Part shown: positions 44,727 through 58,640 of the stretch, one piece after another | Numbering within the stretch: position 1 is the stretch's first letter | Layout: every line of letters begins with the position of its first letter | Assembly: GCA_032718475.1 (NCBI GenBank) | Contig: JAUCBJ010000168.1 | Location: 1-64,000, forward strand | Direction of reading: 5' to 3' | DNA from: Nemertoderma westbladi | Lineage: Eukaryota; Animalia; Xenacoelomorpha | Length of the DNA stretch: 64,000 nt | Notes under the pieces: model-generated | Databases searched by the model: none | The model's input: only the letters and a program-made list of their open reading frames with translations | Told to the model about the DNA's origin: nothing | Position numbers and translations under genes: made by a program

Positions 44727-47700
44727 AGCGCCACGTAGAAAGAGAGTAGAGGGTATGGTATGTAGGTATACCATAGAAGTAGTAGCGGAGAGGTTGTGGG
44801 CACCGAAAGTGCCACTTAGAAAGAGAGTAGAGGGTATGGTATGTAGGTATACCATAGAGGTAGTAGCAGAGGGGTTGTGGGCACCGAAAGCGCCACATAG
44901 TGAGAGAGTGAAGGGTGTGGTATGTAGGTATTAGGTAGTAGCATTATGTAGGTAATAGCAGTATTAGGGTATATAGTACCATAGAAGTTAGAAGTTTTGG
45001 GCACCGAGAGCGCCACGTAGTAAGAAAGTAAAGACTATGTAGGCATAGTATAGTAGTAGTAGGGTACAGAATAAGAAATAAGTAGCAAGGTAGATAGGAT
45101 GATAGCATAGACAGGGGTAAGACTAGAAAAAAATTGGCACTTTGGGAGTGGTAGAGAACACAGGACATTGTGGAGCAGTGGGGATGGGCCAGCTCATGGG
45201 CCAGCTCATGGGCCTTGTCTGCCACAAGCCGATGGACTGGGGCAAGTTCCGAGGGGAGCACGGAGCGGGCATGGGACATTGCGAAGCAGTGGCGATGGGG
45301 CCAGCTCATGAGGCTTGTCTTCCACAAGCCGATAGACTGGGTTAAGTCCCGAGAGGAGTATGAGAGCAGTACGAGGGAAGTATGGAGAGGAGGTGTTGGC
45401 GCGTGAGAATGTAGATAGGTGTAATTCAAATGTGGGGAGCGAGCAGAGTGGAGTTAGAGTGAGTTCAGAGTGGAGTTAGAGTGAGTTCAGAGTGGAGTTA
45501 GAGTGAGTTCAGAGTGAGGAAGTTTTTAAAATTGTCTTAAGAGTCCACAATAGTCTCGAACAGAGACGTCAGATGTCTTGGTGCAACATAGGTTGCGATT
45601 GCACCAAGAAGGGGTAGCAATATCATACCCAGAGGGAGCGGCCTGGAAAGCCGACTCCGAGAAAAGAACTCCACCCCACACCCGATAGTAGATCGGGTTC
45701 CAGCGGAATTGAAGCGCACTTGAGGTTGATGCTATCTTCTCACCGGGAAGATAGCATGGGGGGGAGTGTAAGCGGATTCAATTCCACCTCATTACCCACC
45801 AATAAATGGGATAGTGGCATTTTCAGCAATATGTTGGAGATACAAGATTAGCAATATTAATCTCATATCACAACCAACATTTGGGGAAGGGGGGGGGGGG
45901 GCAACACAAGCCCCGAAGCCACACACAAAGGAAGGTTAGAGGTCAAACCACCTCGGAAGGGACACAGCTAGTAGAGGCTAGCAGCAGAAGGGAAACACTC
46001 CCAGAGAGAGAAAGGGCGACACGTAGAGTATTAGCCAATAAGGGCAAAGGAGAGCATCCATTAGGTAGCAGGCCAAGGTAGCGTAGGAGTGAAGTAATAT
46101 TGGTATATCAATCATATATTATCTCCTGCTACCGGTTTGTGAATCAGTTTAGTTAGTTACCCACTTTCAGTGCAGACGGGTAATATTGTTTTACCGTCAT
46201 CGTCACCATCAACAACATTGGCTGTATTTTAATCTATTACCGGTACCAAGCGATATTGTCATCTGCTATCATATTAACATCATATTAACTGTGCTATCGC
46301 TATTATATTAGACCGCCAAGGAACAACGTTAACTCTGAACGCTTTTCTCCAACGGCCTCGGCCAAGCAATCAGTGACACCACCCCAGCCTGCGGTGACGC
46401 GTACGAAACAACCTTCAAGGTCGGGATCTCTGATCCCGTCACATTGTGGCAGACAAGCCCCATGAGCTGGCCCATCGCCACTGCTCCACAATGTCCTGTG
46501 CCCGCTCTGTACTCCTCCCGGAACTTGTCCCAGTCCATCGGCTTGTGGCAGACAGGGGCCATGAGCTGGCCCATCCCCACTGCTCCACAATGTCCTGTTC
46601 TCTACCACCCCAAAGTGCCAATTTTCTTAGTCTTATTTTAATTTTTTCTATGTTCCCCCCTGTCTGTGCTATTATCCTATCTACCTTCCTACTTCCTTCT
46701 TACTATGTGCCCTACTACTACTATACTATGCCTACATACCCTTTACTTTCTTACTACGTGGTGCTCTCGGTGCCCACAACTTCTAACTTCTATGGTATAT
46801 GTACCCTAATACTGCTACTATGGTATATTGTGCTTTCTAGTGTTCTAGATATTCTGTTACGTATATAGGTATACCATACTCTTTACTATCTTACTACTAA
46901 CTTTTACTAACTCTACTAACTCTAACTTCTATCGCTTATGGTACTACGTACCCCTCTACTCTCGTGGTATGTTTATATACCACACTCCCTAACTTGTAAC
47001 GGTACTATGTACCCTGCTACTATGGTACTATGTACCCTTCTACTCTCGTGGTATGTTTATATACCACACTCCCTAACTTCTAACCTCTATCTCTTACGGT
47101 ACTACATACCCCTCTACTCTCGTGGTATGTTTATATACCACACTCCCTAACTTGTAACGGTACTATGTACCCTGCTACTACGGTACTATGTACCCTTCTA
47201 CTCTCGTGGTATGTTTATATACCACACTCCCTAACTTCTAACTTCTAACGGTACCGTGTACCCTGCTGCTGCTCACTACGTGGCGCCCTCAGTGCCCACA
47301 ACTTTCTATAGTACTTGCTATGTACTTTACTGCTCCCCTACACCTATTTCCTCTACCTCTACTTCTTCTACATATACTTCCTCTACATCTACTTACAGTA
47401 TGTGTACATACCCCCCTTACTTCCTCACGTGATGCCCTCAGTGCCCACAGGTTTCTTACTTTCCATACTCTTTGGCTATGGTATGCGTACATACCCCCCC
47501 TCACTTTGTGCCCTCTCTACTACTCTACTACCTGGCACCCTTTGTGCCCGCCTCTACTACTCTCTACGTGGCACCCTTTGTGCCCACCTCTACTACTCTC
47601 TACATGGCACCCTTTGTGCCCACCTCTACTACTATCTACATAGCACCCTTTATGCCCATCTCTACTACTCTCTACACGACACCCTTTGTGCCCACCTCTA

Positions 47701-50169
47701 CTACTGCACCCCTCGACTATGGTTATATATACATGCTCCCCCTCAATTCCTTACGTGATGCCCTCAGTGCCGTCAAAGGTACGTATGCTAAATTACCCTA
47801 GGAGCTATGTTAACCTAGGTAATGTTTAACTACCTACACCTTCACGCATACACCTTGGCACGTCCGTACCCTTTTCTGTCCAACCTACTGGACCACTCAA
47901 CAAACTATGGGCCATCCCTCCATCACGCACCTCTCCCATCTTCCCCCTCTGGCTCGTCCTACCTTCCCCCCACTCTCTTTGTCTAACCCTTCTTGTCTCT
48001 TGGGGCATTCTCTGCCCCCCCCCCCTCTCGCCCTCCATCGGGTGCCACGGATCCCTTAACTCTCCGCGCACACTATCTGCCGACGCTCTATCATCTCAAT
48101 TCCTGTTTGTTCTTGGTTGTTTATATTGCTTATCTGCAATATCCCCCTCAACCGGGTATATGTTATGTCCTTGCATATTATAGTCATACTGGTGTGCAGG
48201 TACCGGTACAGGCCTATCCACCTCTTGCCTACCTACTGGTATGTATGCTGCGACTTCCGGATCTAATCCCGTTGTCCGCGCTATCCTATCGCCTGCACTA
48301 TCTCTTCCAGCATGGCCTATAGTATGTGCAGTAAGGCCTACAGTATGTCCTGCAGTCTGCCTGTGTCCCTCTGGACCGAAGTTTAATCTTCTCGAATATT
48401 CCTCCCCGCGACTATCGTACTCTCAATCGGCAGTTATGTCCCGTCGGGAAGTTTCTCTTCGATCTCCTCTCCTGTTCTCATCCTCACACCGGTATATCCT
48501 GTACCCTTCTCCTGGTGTGTGGTATATCTCACCAGGCTGCGTCTCTCCGGGGCGATGGCAATCTCCCGGAGTTTGACCCCACTGATTCTCTAACTCCATC
48601 TCTACTACTGATGGTTCACTGTCCGTCCTTGCTCTCTGGTTGCTTGTAGCAACGCTTCTTCTATTCTCTTCGCTTCTTCTCTCTTCAGTGTAGCGATCCC
48701 GCTCGCGAGATCTCTCTTCGACCTCCCGGATAAACTCCACTGTTTTTATTTCGTATTCCAACTGGGTTTGACGTCCTGTCGCTCGCCCGCTCACGGCGCC
48801 AACCTGTCTCTCTTTACCCGGTTGGACACTCCCGGGGATACTCACAACCCCCCTATTATTCTCCATCGTCAGGTGCTGTGGTTCACCTAGCTCGCCCCGC
48901 GCATTGTTCGCCGACGCTTGTGGGAAATTCTCTGCCTCCCCCCCCTCTCGTCACTAATCTCTCGTGGTGGGGTGCCCGTAGCCCCCCCATTCACCACCTC
49001 TTACTTCACTACCTCCTACTTTGCTTCAACGCCCCTCTCTAGTCGACGCACTATCTCTGCCCTGGCTGGGTCTATTCACCCCCGCCTCTCCCTGTGCGAC
49101 TGCGTGGCCTTGCAGGCTCCCGTCGGATTGACTCACCCCCCTCATTGGGTTGGCTCACCCCCGCCTCTTCCTGCGTAACTACGTGGACTTGCAGGCTCTC
49201 GCTGGTCGGACCACCTGTCTCCCCTATGTTTGTATTAATTGCACCGTTATTAACAATATTATTTTGATTAACTTCCCCGGGGTTGTTATCTAACGCAACA
49301 TTATTATCTAAATTATTTAAATTATTTTGTTCCGAATTAGGGCTATTCTTTTGGAATATTTTGTACATTTAAATTATAATTATTTGGATTATTTTGTACG
49401 TTTAAATTAGTATTATTATTTGGATTATTTTGTACGTTTAAATTAGAATTATTACTAATGGGCAAAATATTATTTCCTGCAACAAAAGTTTGATTAGGGT
49501 TGTCTATTACGGTGCTATTAATATTAGCGCCCACTAACATATTATTATTATGACCCCCCGCCCATACGGTTACACCAGTTCTGGGTCTGTCGTCCGGTGC
49601 CTGTAAGTGGAGTATTAACAAACATTTCCATTACTTCTGGCTCCTTGTAAATACTGCCCGAACCGGCCTCACTCTCAGATAATCCCAACTTCGCCAGTTC
49701 TAACTGGCGCTTTTGCTTCACCTGGTATTGCATAAGCCCCCTTAACCGGGTATGCATATCATTCCACATATGCATTCCCGCTCTCTCTCTCTCTCTGTCC
49801 TCTCTCAAACTTTGGTCAGCCAACTCCATCTCTCTCGCTTCCCGCTCTCTACACTCTTTCTCTACTCTCACCTCCCGCTCTCTACATTCGTTTGTTTCTC
49901 TCTCTACCCTCGCTACCTCTCTCGCTTCTCGCTCTTTGCGCTCGTTCTTTATTCTCGTCTCCCACTCTTTACGCTCATTCTCTATTCTCGCCTCCCGTTT
50001 CTCGCGCTCTTTACGCTCACTCATCTCTCTTTCCTCCTGCTCCCTACAGTTTCTCGCCACCCTCTCGGCTCTCTCTCTACATTCCCTGGCTAACTCTCTC
50101 TCTCTCTCTCTCTCTAATATTGCGGTTCCCTCGTCCAATTTTCTCTCGAACTCCTTCTGATCCAGCGCC
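44727..50169. repeat. ~5.4-kb tandem duplication (second copy of 23334-25516 plus 41405-44732)
   Basis: The sequence at 44727 onward repeats that at 23334 onward, including a third B-type LTR. Junction microhomology AGCGCC at 23334, 44727 and 50164. Confidence 0.9.
45767..46443 (+). repeat. Duplicated 3' LTR of element B
   Basis: Copy of 24362-25041 with the same PPT and TTGTG flank. Confidence 0.92.
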
Positions 50170-50996
50170 GCAATGTCTAGTTGACATGCCAGATCTATCT
50201 CTAATACCCTTCTTGCTTTTGCGGAGGATGTAGCAGACTTATCGGTCGCGACAGACTCCCGTCACCTCTCTGTCCTACTAACTTTCCCCCGCTTTCTGGG
50301 GTTCTCGCTAACCGACGACACCGAATCCTCGGGGTTAACCTCGGGTTCGCCATCGTGCGGGTTCGCCCAACCCACTAACTTAATTCACCTAGCATCCACT
50401 AAGTAAGGCCCTACGTACACTACTTCAGGCTCCATTATCCTGGACCACCACAATTCAAACAGTTCGGTGGCGACCCCTCTCGCTCTCTCACTCGCCAGTT
50501 CTCCCTGTCCAAAACGAACTAAATAGTGAAAGTGTTTATTCGACTCACCTAGCCTCTGATATAGTTTAGGCTGGTCTACCTTTCTCCCTTCCTTGGCCTC
50601 CTTAAGTAGTTTCTTGGTGGCATTGTAGGCCCGTCGTAGCCGATCACTCGTCCCGACATCCTCTTCGCCGACTTCGCCTCCTCTTCTCTTCCGGCGTCAT
50701 ACCGGCGGCCCCACTGTCGCCGTTCCGGTGGGCCGTCCGTCGCCCTCAGCCTGTAGCTGGCCGGCGACTTCGGTACTCCGACCGCCGTCGCCGTCGCGCA
50801 TCGACTCATCTCCCTCTCTCCTCCGTAGTTGACAGCCGCCCTCCACTTGGGCTACCGGATCGTCCCTCGTCAGCGAATCTGGCGTCGCTGGCCGATACCG
50901 TCGCGTCGCGGCCTCACGGATGGTTTGATTGGTGTCGTCCGGGGTCCGCGGCAGCGTCCTCTCTCCCTCTGATAATTGGGGCTCCCTGTCGCTCAT
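47900..50996 (-). pseudogene. Degenerate gag-like N-terminal region of element A (partly duplicated at 42460-44726)
   Basis: MSDREPQLSEG...IREAATRRYRP, an E/R coiled coil and an NNNSNLNVQNN tract, collinear with B 19024-20950. Multiple frameshifts. Confidence 0.75.
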
Positions 50997-51043
50997 CTCG
51001 ATCTCTCTTCCTTGCAGTCACAGTTTTTAGTTGGCAGTCTCGG

Positions 51044-51054
51044 TAGTTAATGAC
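51044..51054 (-). promoter_or_regulatory. Non-tRNA primer-binding site of element A (GTCATTAACTA on the minus strand)
   Basis: Follows the 5' LTR on the minus strand. Exactly complementary to LTR positions 51280-51290. Confidence 0.7.
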
Positions 51055-51724
51055 TGTGACGGGATCGGAGATCCCGACCGGGTTAGAAATGTACGCGTCA
51101 CCGTGGCTGGGCAGTTGTGCTAGTTGCTTTGGCCGAAGGCCGTTGGGGAAAACAATAAGAGTTTCTGTTGTTTCTCAATATTGATGATGCAGATGGTAAT
51201 AGTACAGTAAATCGGTAAATCAGTAAATATGATAGCAGAACAATGCACAGAATGACTGTTGATGTTAATGGCGGTGGCGGTCATTAACTATGACCGGTCT
51301 GCACTGACTGAATAACTCAACTGACCGGTAAATCAGTAATGTAGGATAATATATGGTTAACACACATGAATATTGGTTTCACCTCTTACTGTACTTTGGC
51401 CCTCTGTACCCAATGGATGCTTTTCTATCTCTAATCACGTTCTTCCCTCCCCACTATTGGCTAATATACTAATTGTCACTTTGGCACACCCTGTGAGTGT
51501 TTCCCCCCGCTGCTAGCCCCTACTAGCTGTATTCCCTCCGAGGTGGTTTGACGTCTCACCTCTCTCTGTGGCTTTGGGGCTTGTGTCGTCCCTCCCCCCC
51601 CCCCCCCCCAATGTTGGTTATGAGAAGAGATTAATATTGGTAATCTCGTATCCCCAACATATTGCTAAAATGCCACTGGTCCCATTTTCTGGTGGGTAAT
51701 GAAGTGGAATTGAATCCGCATACA
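51055..51724 (-). repeat. 5' LTR of element A
   Basis: Direct repeat of 16327-16983, flanked by the TSD TTATT. Confidence 0.9.
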
Positions 51725-52022
51725 TTATTTGTGTGTAATTGGTGCCTGTTTATTATTAGTGTGTAATGGGTGTCTGTTTATTAGTGTGTATTGGGTGTCT
51801 GTTTATTATTTGTGTGTAATGGGTGTCTGTTTATTATTTGTGTGTAATGGGTGTCGATTTATTATTTGTGTGTATTGGGTGTCTGTTTATTATTTGTATG
51901 TAATGGGTGTCTGTTTATTATTTGTGTGTATTGGGTGTCTGTTTATTATTTGTGTGTAATGAGTGTCTGTTTATTATTTGTGTGTAATGGGTGTCTGTTT
52001 ATTATTTGTGTGTGTATTATTT
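51725..52022. repeat. 28-bp satellite, right part
   Basis: Same unit as 13846-16326. Confidence 0.93.
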
Positions 52023-52851
52023 GTTCCGGTTCAAACTGGGGACAATTGCATGCACGAATACACAGCCACAAACCGAAGACGATTTAACATCCGGGACTTG
52101 CATAATGTGATAGTTTCAAGTATCACCAATTCCATACAGTTATATCACATTCTAAACACTCCTTGCAGTATGGAAGCTGTTGTTCATAGCAATGTGGGGA
52201 CTTGGGCGAATCTGCAATGCAATTAAAATTATTTGTAATTTAATGTAACATCTTGAAAACCCGCAGTACAACGTGTGCCATGGTTCCAAATGGGGTCTAA
52301 GACTTCATTGTCATCTAAAGTAAATATTATTCAAATAAATAAGATGAATATAAAAGTATATGTCTAGTATTGCAATTATCGGGTATCAAATATGGAGATA
52401 CAAATAAACCACACCCAAGTATAATGTTTTATTGATGGAAAATGAAAACAACCCCCCCCCCCCCATCTCTCTATTATTTCAACAAATATTAAGGAATCAA
52501 ATCGTATTATTTATTTCATACATAAAGTGTGAAACAACTAAGAAATTCAGTAAGTATTCAGTTATGGACTATATATGCCTACTGTAAACCTAGACATAAC
52601 CCAGAAAATTCAACTTTTTGAAAACTGTGGATAAAGGTGTAGGTCTACGTTCTGTACTGCTGATTTGCCGGTAGCTGGTATGAACTACAGTATTGCAGTA
52701 TTAGCTTATTGTATTTTTTTTACCACATGTACAAACTAAAAACAGCGAAATACATGTGGAACCAGTGCCTCCATTTTCTAACCAAATACAATGAACCACA
52801 GTACTGTACTGTACAACTCAAGTACAATATGGTTACATAGAAATGATTCAT

Positions 52852-52951
52852 GACACGAGTTGGCCGGTCACGAATTGACCAGACACGAATTGACCAGACA
52901 CGAATTGATTAGACACGAATTGACCAGATACGAATTGACCAGACTCGAGTT
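52852..52951. repeat. 15-bp tandem repeat (GACACGAATTGACCA)
   Basis: About six visible units. Confidence 0.85.
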
Positions 52952-54399
52952 GTAAGTATCCCCAGCGATGCATGGGGATACTTTGCAATCATAGAGGAAA
53001 TATGAGTAGAAAAAAAAAAAAATATATATATAATATATTGGCAGTCTAAAAACCACATTATCTTGAGGAGTGTAGTGTGGTTCAGTAATCCCAGACACAG
53101 ACATACAATTAGTGATTACTGCTGCAACAGATTTTGGAAGTCTCTCTTCTATGTGTTAGATAATACATTTATTTATGGCTTATTATATAGCAATCAATAC
53201 ATGTGATTAAATCAGATATTGATGATATGCCAATATTACAGTATATTGCGAATTTGCACGTTGTAACAGAGAGACAATATATTTCCAATTAATAGATAAC
53301 AGATTGTGGCCTTTCCTGCTCCAAGGTTTGGTTAGCTCATACCAGACAGATAACTAACTACATACAATACTCAATCGGGATTCTTCAAAGTAAATACCAG
53401 CTCACATATCAGGTCACTGTTGTTTTGTTATTATTAAAGGAAAACGAGTTAGAATAGGAGATCTCAACACCATATGAAATCACAGTAAGTGGTGCCATGC
53501 AACCGAATGATCTATCCAGTTCCTTACCCGAAGGGAGGTATGTACATTTGTTCCGCAGTATCACACACTAAAAAGCAACCATGATTTGTTGTTGTTGCTT
53601 GCAATTATCAGCTAGGTCGTCCCAAGGTCATAGAGGCTATGTTGCCTGTCGTATTAGTACACATGACATATCTATAGAAAAGTTTTTTTAACCAAACAAA
53701 CCGTGAAATTATTAATGAACAAAAGTCAGTTCTACCTACTACCTCTCAAGAATTTGTAGGTCAAATTAGATGTTTCAATTTTTATGTTATATATAATTCC
53801 CGTTCCAGAAGGAGACGCAGACATATATGCAATGCAATCAATAATTAGATGACAGCTGTCAGCTGATTGACAAGTTTTGCCCCTACAAAGTAAAATTTCT
53901 CAAGAAGTTAAGTGTTTTATTTTTATTTTATATGTTTATTGATCGATTGCGTGGGAATCCATTGTGCAAGAAGCTTGTGGATACAGATGACAAACAGTCA
54001 ATCCAAATCAACATGCATTCTACATTAATAACGACTTCTAGTCTCCTTAACTCAAACATACCTACAGTTCGTCAGCTGTATCAATATATACTCTGCCTGC
54101 ATGGAATCAACACATGCCTAGGCAATACTATGCTGACATCGTGATTAATTCTTACACTATACCGGTACTTTTCATAACTTCATAAAGAAAACCCCTGCAG
54201 GTTAAATTGACACTAATGCCAACCAGCCTACCAACCCAATCCGTCACTTTAACTCGTATGATGGACTGCTGATTATAGTTTTGGTTTAAATAGCCTGTCA
54301 CTATGTCACTTTTGCCTTAATTGATAATTTACATTGTTAAATTAAACTATAAGCCAACTATACACCAAACCCCTTAAGAAAACAAATTCCGGTAAAAAT

Positions 54400-56957
54400 G
54401 ACTTGGAGAGATGTCCTCCTCAGTAACAAAACTTCTCCCAATCAATGCGAGGAAAGAGAAATTGACCTAGAAATCCTGAATTCTGATCCCAGTCGCTGAA
54501 GCATCCTCACTGCTTAGCAACAACAGACCTGAGGATGCATATAAATCCGTGTCAAGCGCAATCAGAGACTCGCCTCCACCCAAATGAAAACAGCTCCAGC
54601 ACTCAAAACCCTGGTTCGACTCAGAATGTTTCTCAGAGAGAGAACACGTACTATCTCTCAACAAGGCAGCGAAATCAAACATTACATTGCGGGAGCAACT
54701 TTGCGATGCAAAACGTTCATACAAAGCACTGCTAAATTCCAAGCGGGGCAAGTTCACAGCCAAGGCTGAATTAGAACTGCGGGCGGAAGCAGAACAACAA
54801 CCATACAAATGGTACAAGAAGCAAAACTACCAATCCAGTTGCCCTGTTGTGCTGGAAACATGGGAGGATCACTTTTGTCGCATCCAAAAATAGCCCTCAA
54901 CATTATGTGCTCATCCCATGGACCAAGCTACAGATCAATCGTCTTTGGATCTGGAAAAGGAAGAACCCCCCTTCACAGAAAGCGAGGGTGAAGCCACAAC
55001 CCAAAGTAAACCCTCGGACAAATCAGGTGGCCCTGATCACCTCCCTTATAAGTTGCTAAAAGCCGCTCTCCCAGCTACTCTCCTCTTGTGGACTGCCCTA
55101 TTCAACATTTGTCTCTCAACCAGATAGCAACCGGATTAGCTGGAAACACAGCTTAATGATGGTGATCTATAAAGTGAAAGGAGTTCGTTCGGATCCAGAC
55201 AACTAAAGAGGCATTGCGTTATTATGCAACCCCATATTAAAGATACTAACAGGACTAATCGAAAAAAGACTGAGGAAACTAGTATCACATCTTATCCCAG
55301 ACGAGCAATTTGGTTTTTTGCCGGGTAAATCAATGGCTCTGCCTCTGGCCCAGTTTATAAACAGAATCCACATCAACCTCTCAACACCGAGAACTCAATT
55401 ATATGCTGTGTTAATCGATTTCCGGAAGGCGTTCGATTCTGTACCCCGCCATCTGTTGCTATACAAGCTCAAATATAAATTCGGAATAAATGGCCAATTA
55501 TTCAGAATTATCAAATCTATTCTAGAACCCAATTTCATTCGAATTTCCGACACGCTATGAGAGTCCAAAATTATCGAACAAACGAGGGTAGTTCTTCATG
55601 GGGACAGCCTCTCGCCATTCCTGTTCATCCTCTATATTTTCGATATAGTGACTTATATCAAGAACGCAGCTATTCACATTGGAGAAATAATAATACTATT
55701 ATTCGCTGATGATCTTCTGTTCTACAGCAACTCCTGTGAATCAGTTTAAGCCAGCCTCAATGCCACGGCCCTGTGGGCATCAACGAATGGCCTGGAGGTA
55801 AACCGGAGTAAAACGGCCATCATTAAATTTCGCAGAAGTGGCCGGTTAGCCTCAGCAGACAAACTTTTCTACATTGACGCCTTGGTACCTATGATGCCTT
55901 GGTGAATGACGCCTTGGTGAATTCTTACAAATATCTTGGTGTGACCTTTCAGTCGTCCCTATCATTCCCTAAACACATCACAAGCCTCACATGCAAGTCT
56001 ATACAAGCGATTCATTCAACCCAGAACCCCTACATACTCTCTGTCTCAACAGCAGTCAAACTATTTAAACTAAATATCAACCTGGTGATATCTTACGATC
56101 TCAGAGAAATATGGCCTTTACTCTCAGCGGCCAACCTACAACAGATCGACAAAATCAAACCAACATTCCTCAAAAAGGTATTAGGCCTCCACAAATCCAG
56201 ACGGAATTGTCTGGTATTGGCCCTCTGCGAAGAACAGAGGAACTCTACGAACTCTGTGAACAGCTCAATCTCCCTCAGACAATGGAATTCATAAAACACA
56301 AGGAACAAACTGACCTAAAACTAGCCGAAATCCCCCCTCAATTCTGGGTTTCATTAGGTTTCCAAAATCGAACATGGAGCCACTCAGACCAACATAAATG
56401 CCACGTTATAACAAGATTCTCCACTCATGGGACCACCACCTACTGTGTATCAACAGCAACTTCCACGATATCTGCGAGAACTGCTTGTGTAAGCTCTGCG
56501 GCCAACCATTGCCAATTTACCACCTCCTCAGCTGCCCCACGAACTCCAGGTCGCTCGCACACTGGGCGAGTCTGAATCACCGAGGATGAAATCTCTGATT
56601 CTAACATAGTCTAACATAGCTATACTATTGCCCTGATAACATGACCCTATTGATTTATTTAATTTTCTCAACCTAACTATTAATTAATTTAATTTAATTA
56701 TTATTATTTTTCGACGAGTTTTAAGCGGCGCCCAAATTTGCAACTTTTATTTTAAAATTTATATAGTTCTGACAATTAAATTATTTTACTTCTGTTTTTA
56801 TTATGCCCTTCTGTGTTTTATTTATCCTATGCTACTTAGTGCAGAGTACCACCGTTATTAATAGTGAGATCAGATTATCTTCCCTCTTATTTATTGGTGT
56901 GCACCACTGGTTTATTTTAACCCAATACCTTTTTGGTGAAATTAAATTATATATATA
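54400..56957 (+). pseudogene. Degenerate 5'-truncated LINE (RTE-X-like) RT
   Basis: Motifs KPWFDSEC, KSGGPD, QFGFLPGKS, LIDFRKAFDSVPR, HGDSLSPFLF, LLFADDL, YKYLGV and C-terminal CKLC...HLLSC, with many stops and frameshifts. (TA)n tail near 56950. The clade assignment is tentative. Confidence 0.85.
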
Positions 56958-57566
56958 ATTGTTAAATTCGCCTTTATGTGATTTACATCAATAAGTATCC
57001 CCCCCCCCCCCCCCCCCTCAATCAATAGTCATCCGGATACAGTGTGTTCTAGTAATAGTAATAATTACCTTGGCATGTATTTAATCTATTAATTTTTATA
57101 TTTTTGACGACTCCGGCTTTGGCAAAACAAAATGTGAGCTTGTCAAACACAACTTGAATGTCAACCCTCTTGTATCCAATTAATTTGCTAGGAAAAACAC
57201 AATCCCTTGTCTGAGTGAGGGCGACCATCTTTCTTCACAAATAAATATGTGTGGGATGCATGCAATGTTTATAATTAAGTTTCGGAATCAATCAAACTAA
57301 GTGGCAGGAAAATTGAATTAAATGGCAGAAAACTACATGAGGTCACATGTTCCTCTGAGATGAAAAGCCAAACTTCACAACAAGTTAATTTGAAGGGAAT
57401 CTATATTCCGAATTTGATTAGTTTCAAAATATCTGGTAGGGAAGGTGAATAACGCCCTCAGGTCTTATATCCCATGCCTCTTCAAATCCCAAGGGTCTTC
57501 ATGTCTCATCCACATAACAATGATCTTTATATGCCAAGGGATACACGAAGTGGGGACTTCGCGCAG

Positions 57567-58037
57567 CACGAAGTTGGCAGAGCCTTAGCGAATTGACACT
57601 GTTAGGGGGTAGGTCAATTTATGCAAATAGTCACGTTGGCCCTCTAGCGGCAGACTGGAGAACTGCAGATGGATTCGCCTCCCTTGAAAGTCACAGCTAA
57701 TGGTCTAATACATATCTGCCAAGTTTCAGCTTAAACGGATTAAAAGCAAAGAAATGGGAGGGCATTTAATGTTTAGACATGTGGCCCTCTAGCGGGAGAC
57801 CATTGCACTGATGGTGTCTGAAAGTCTCTCAAAAATCTCAACTTTTGCTCATATTGATACCTACAAATTTTCAACTTGGCAGCTTTAAATCCGACAAAGT
57901 TATTAGCATGTCAAAATCGTAACGACGACGACAACGACGACGACGACAACGACGACGACGACGACGACGACAACTATTTGCATAAATTGACCCACCCCCT
58001 AACAGTGTCAATTCGCTAAGGCTCCGCCAACTTCGTG
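57567..58037. mobile_element. Non-autonomous inverted-repeat element (MITE or Helentron/HINE-like) with internal (ACG)n
   Basis: 65-bp inverted repeats at 57567-57631 and 57973-58037 with 2 mismatches. (ACG/ACA)n microsatellite at 57922-57972. No clear TSD. Confidence 0.7.
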
Positions 58038-58309
58038 GCTCGCCCCACATTCCATGGGTTTTAGATACCATGGGGTAGTAAATTCCCTCGTAATTGTTTT
58101 ATGTGCCTTATGTCTAATGGTGTTATGTCCTATTTTGAGTGTGTTATTGCTTGTGTTGTCGCTCGCTCGTGCTTGTTGCTCAAGTTAGTAAACTAACTAA
58201 ACTATATGCGCTATAAAACACTTAAATTAGGAAAAATTTTAAATAAATAAAAATTGCTAAATCAGAGCCATTATTCGGCAACAAATTAGTTAAATATCTG
58301 ATATATGCT

Positions 58310-58640
58310 ATATGCTGCATTGCAGCTGCATTATTTAGTCATATTTTAGACATGTTAAAATGCGCCGCAAAAATCACCTATCACCCATGACATTTGCTAG
58401 ATCATCTGCATCTTCAAGGCCAGTGTCTTCTTTGAAGCGTTTCAAGAAAGCGATGGGCTGTTCTCCATGCCTAACCTCTCCATGAGGCCACCAAAGTACA
58501 AAATTGTGCACAGGCTGGTCCTCACGGCGAAAGCAATGTTCTGCAAAGAGGAGACAGCTCCTGTTAAAGTGGCAAGCTTGGGGAGACTAACGAGACACTT
58601 CCGATGTAAGTATAAGAAACTCTACAGTAGCCAACTTCAA
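58310..58640 (-). mobile_element. 3' fragment of an RTE LINE related to 10564-13615
   Basis: The reverse complement matches about 13290-13600 (GACACTGGCCTT.AAGATGC.GATGATCTAGCAAATGTCATGGGTGATAGG; AATGCAGCTGCAATGCAGCA). Confidence 0.85.

Larger units (their letters stand above)
16327..51724 (-). mobile_element. BEL/Pao-related non-autonomous LTR element A, host of nested insertions
   Basis: LTRs at 16327-16983 and 51055-51724 with TG..CA ends. 5-bp TSD TTATT at 16322-16326 and 51725-51729. PPT (minus GGGGGGGGGAG) at 16984-16994. Its gag-like region is homologous to element B; no RT or integrase seen. Confidence 0.88.

Noticed and set aside
283-57017. Frequent poly-C/poly-G runs of about 12-22 nt
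   Set aside because: They are scattered through unrelated elements and vary in length between duplicate copies, consistent with slippage or homopolymer sequencing error.
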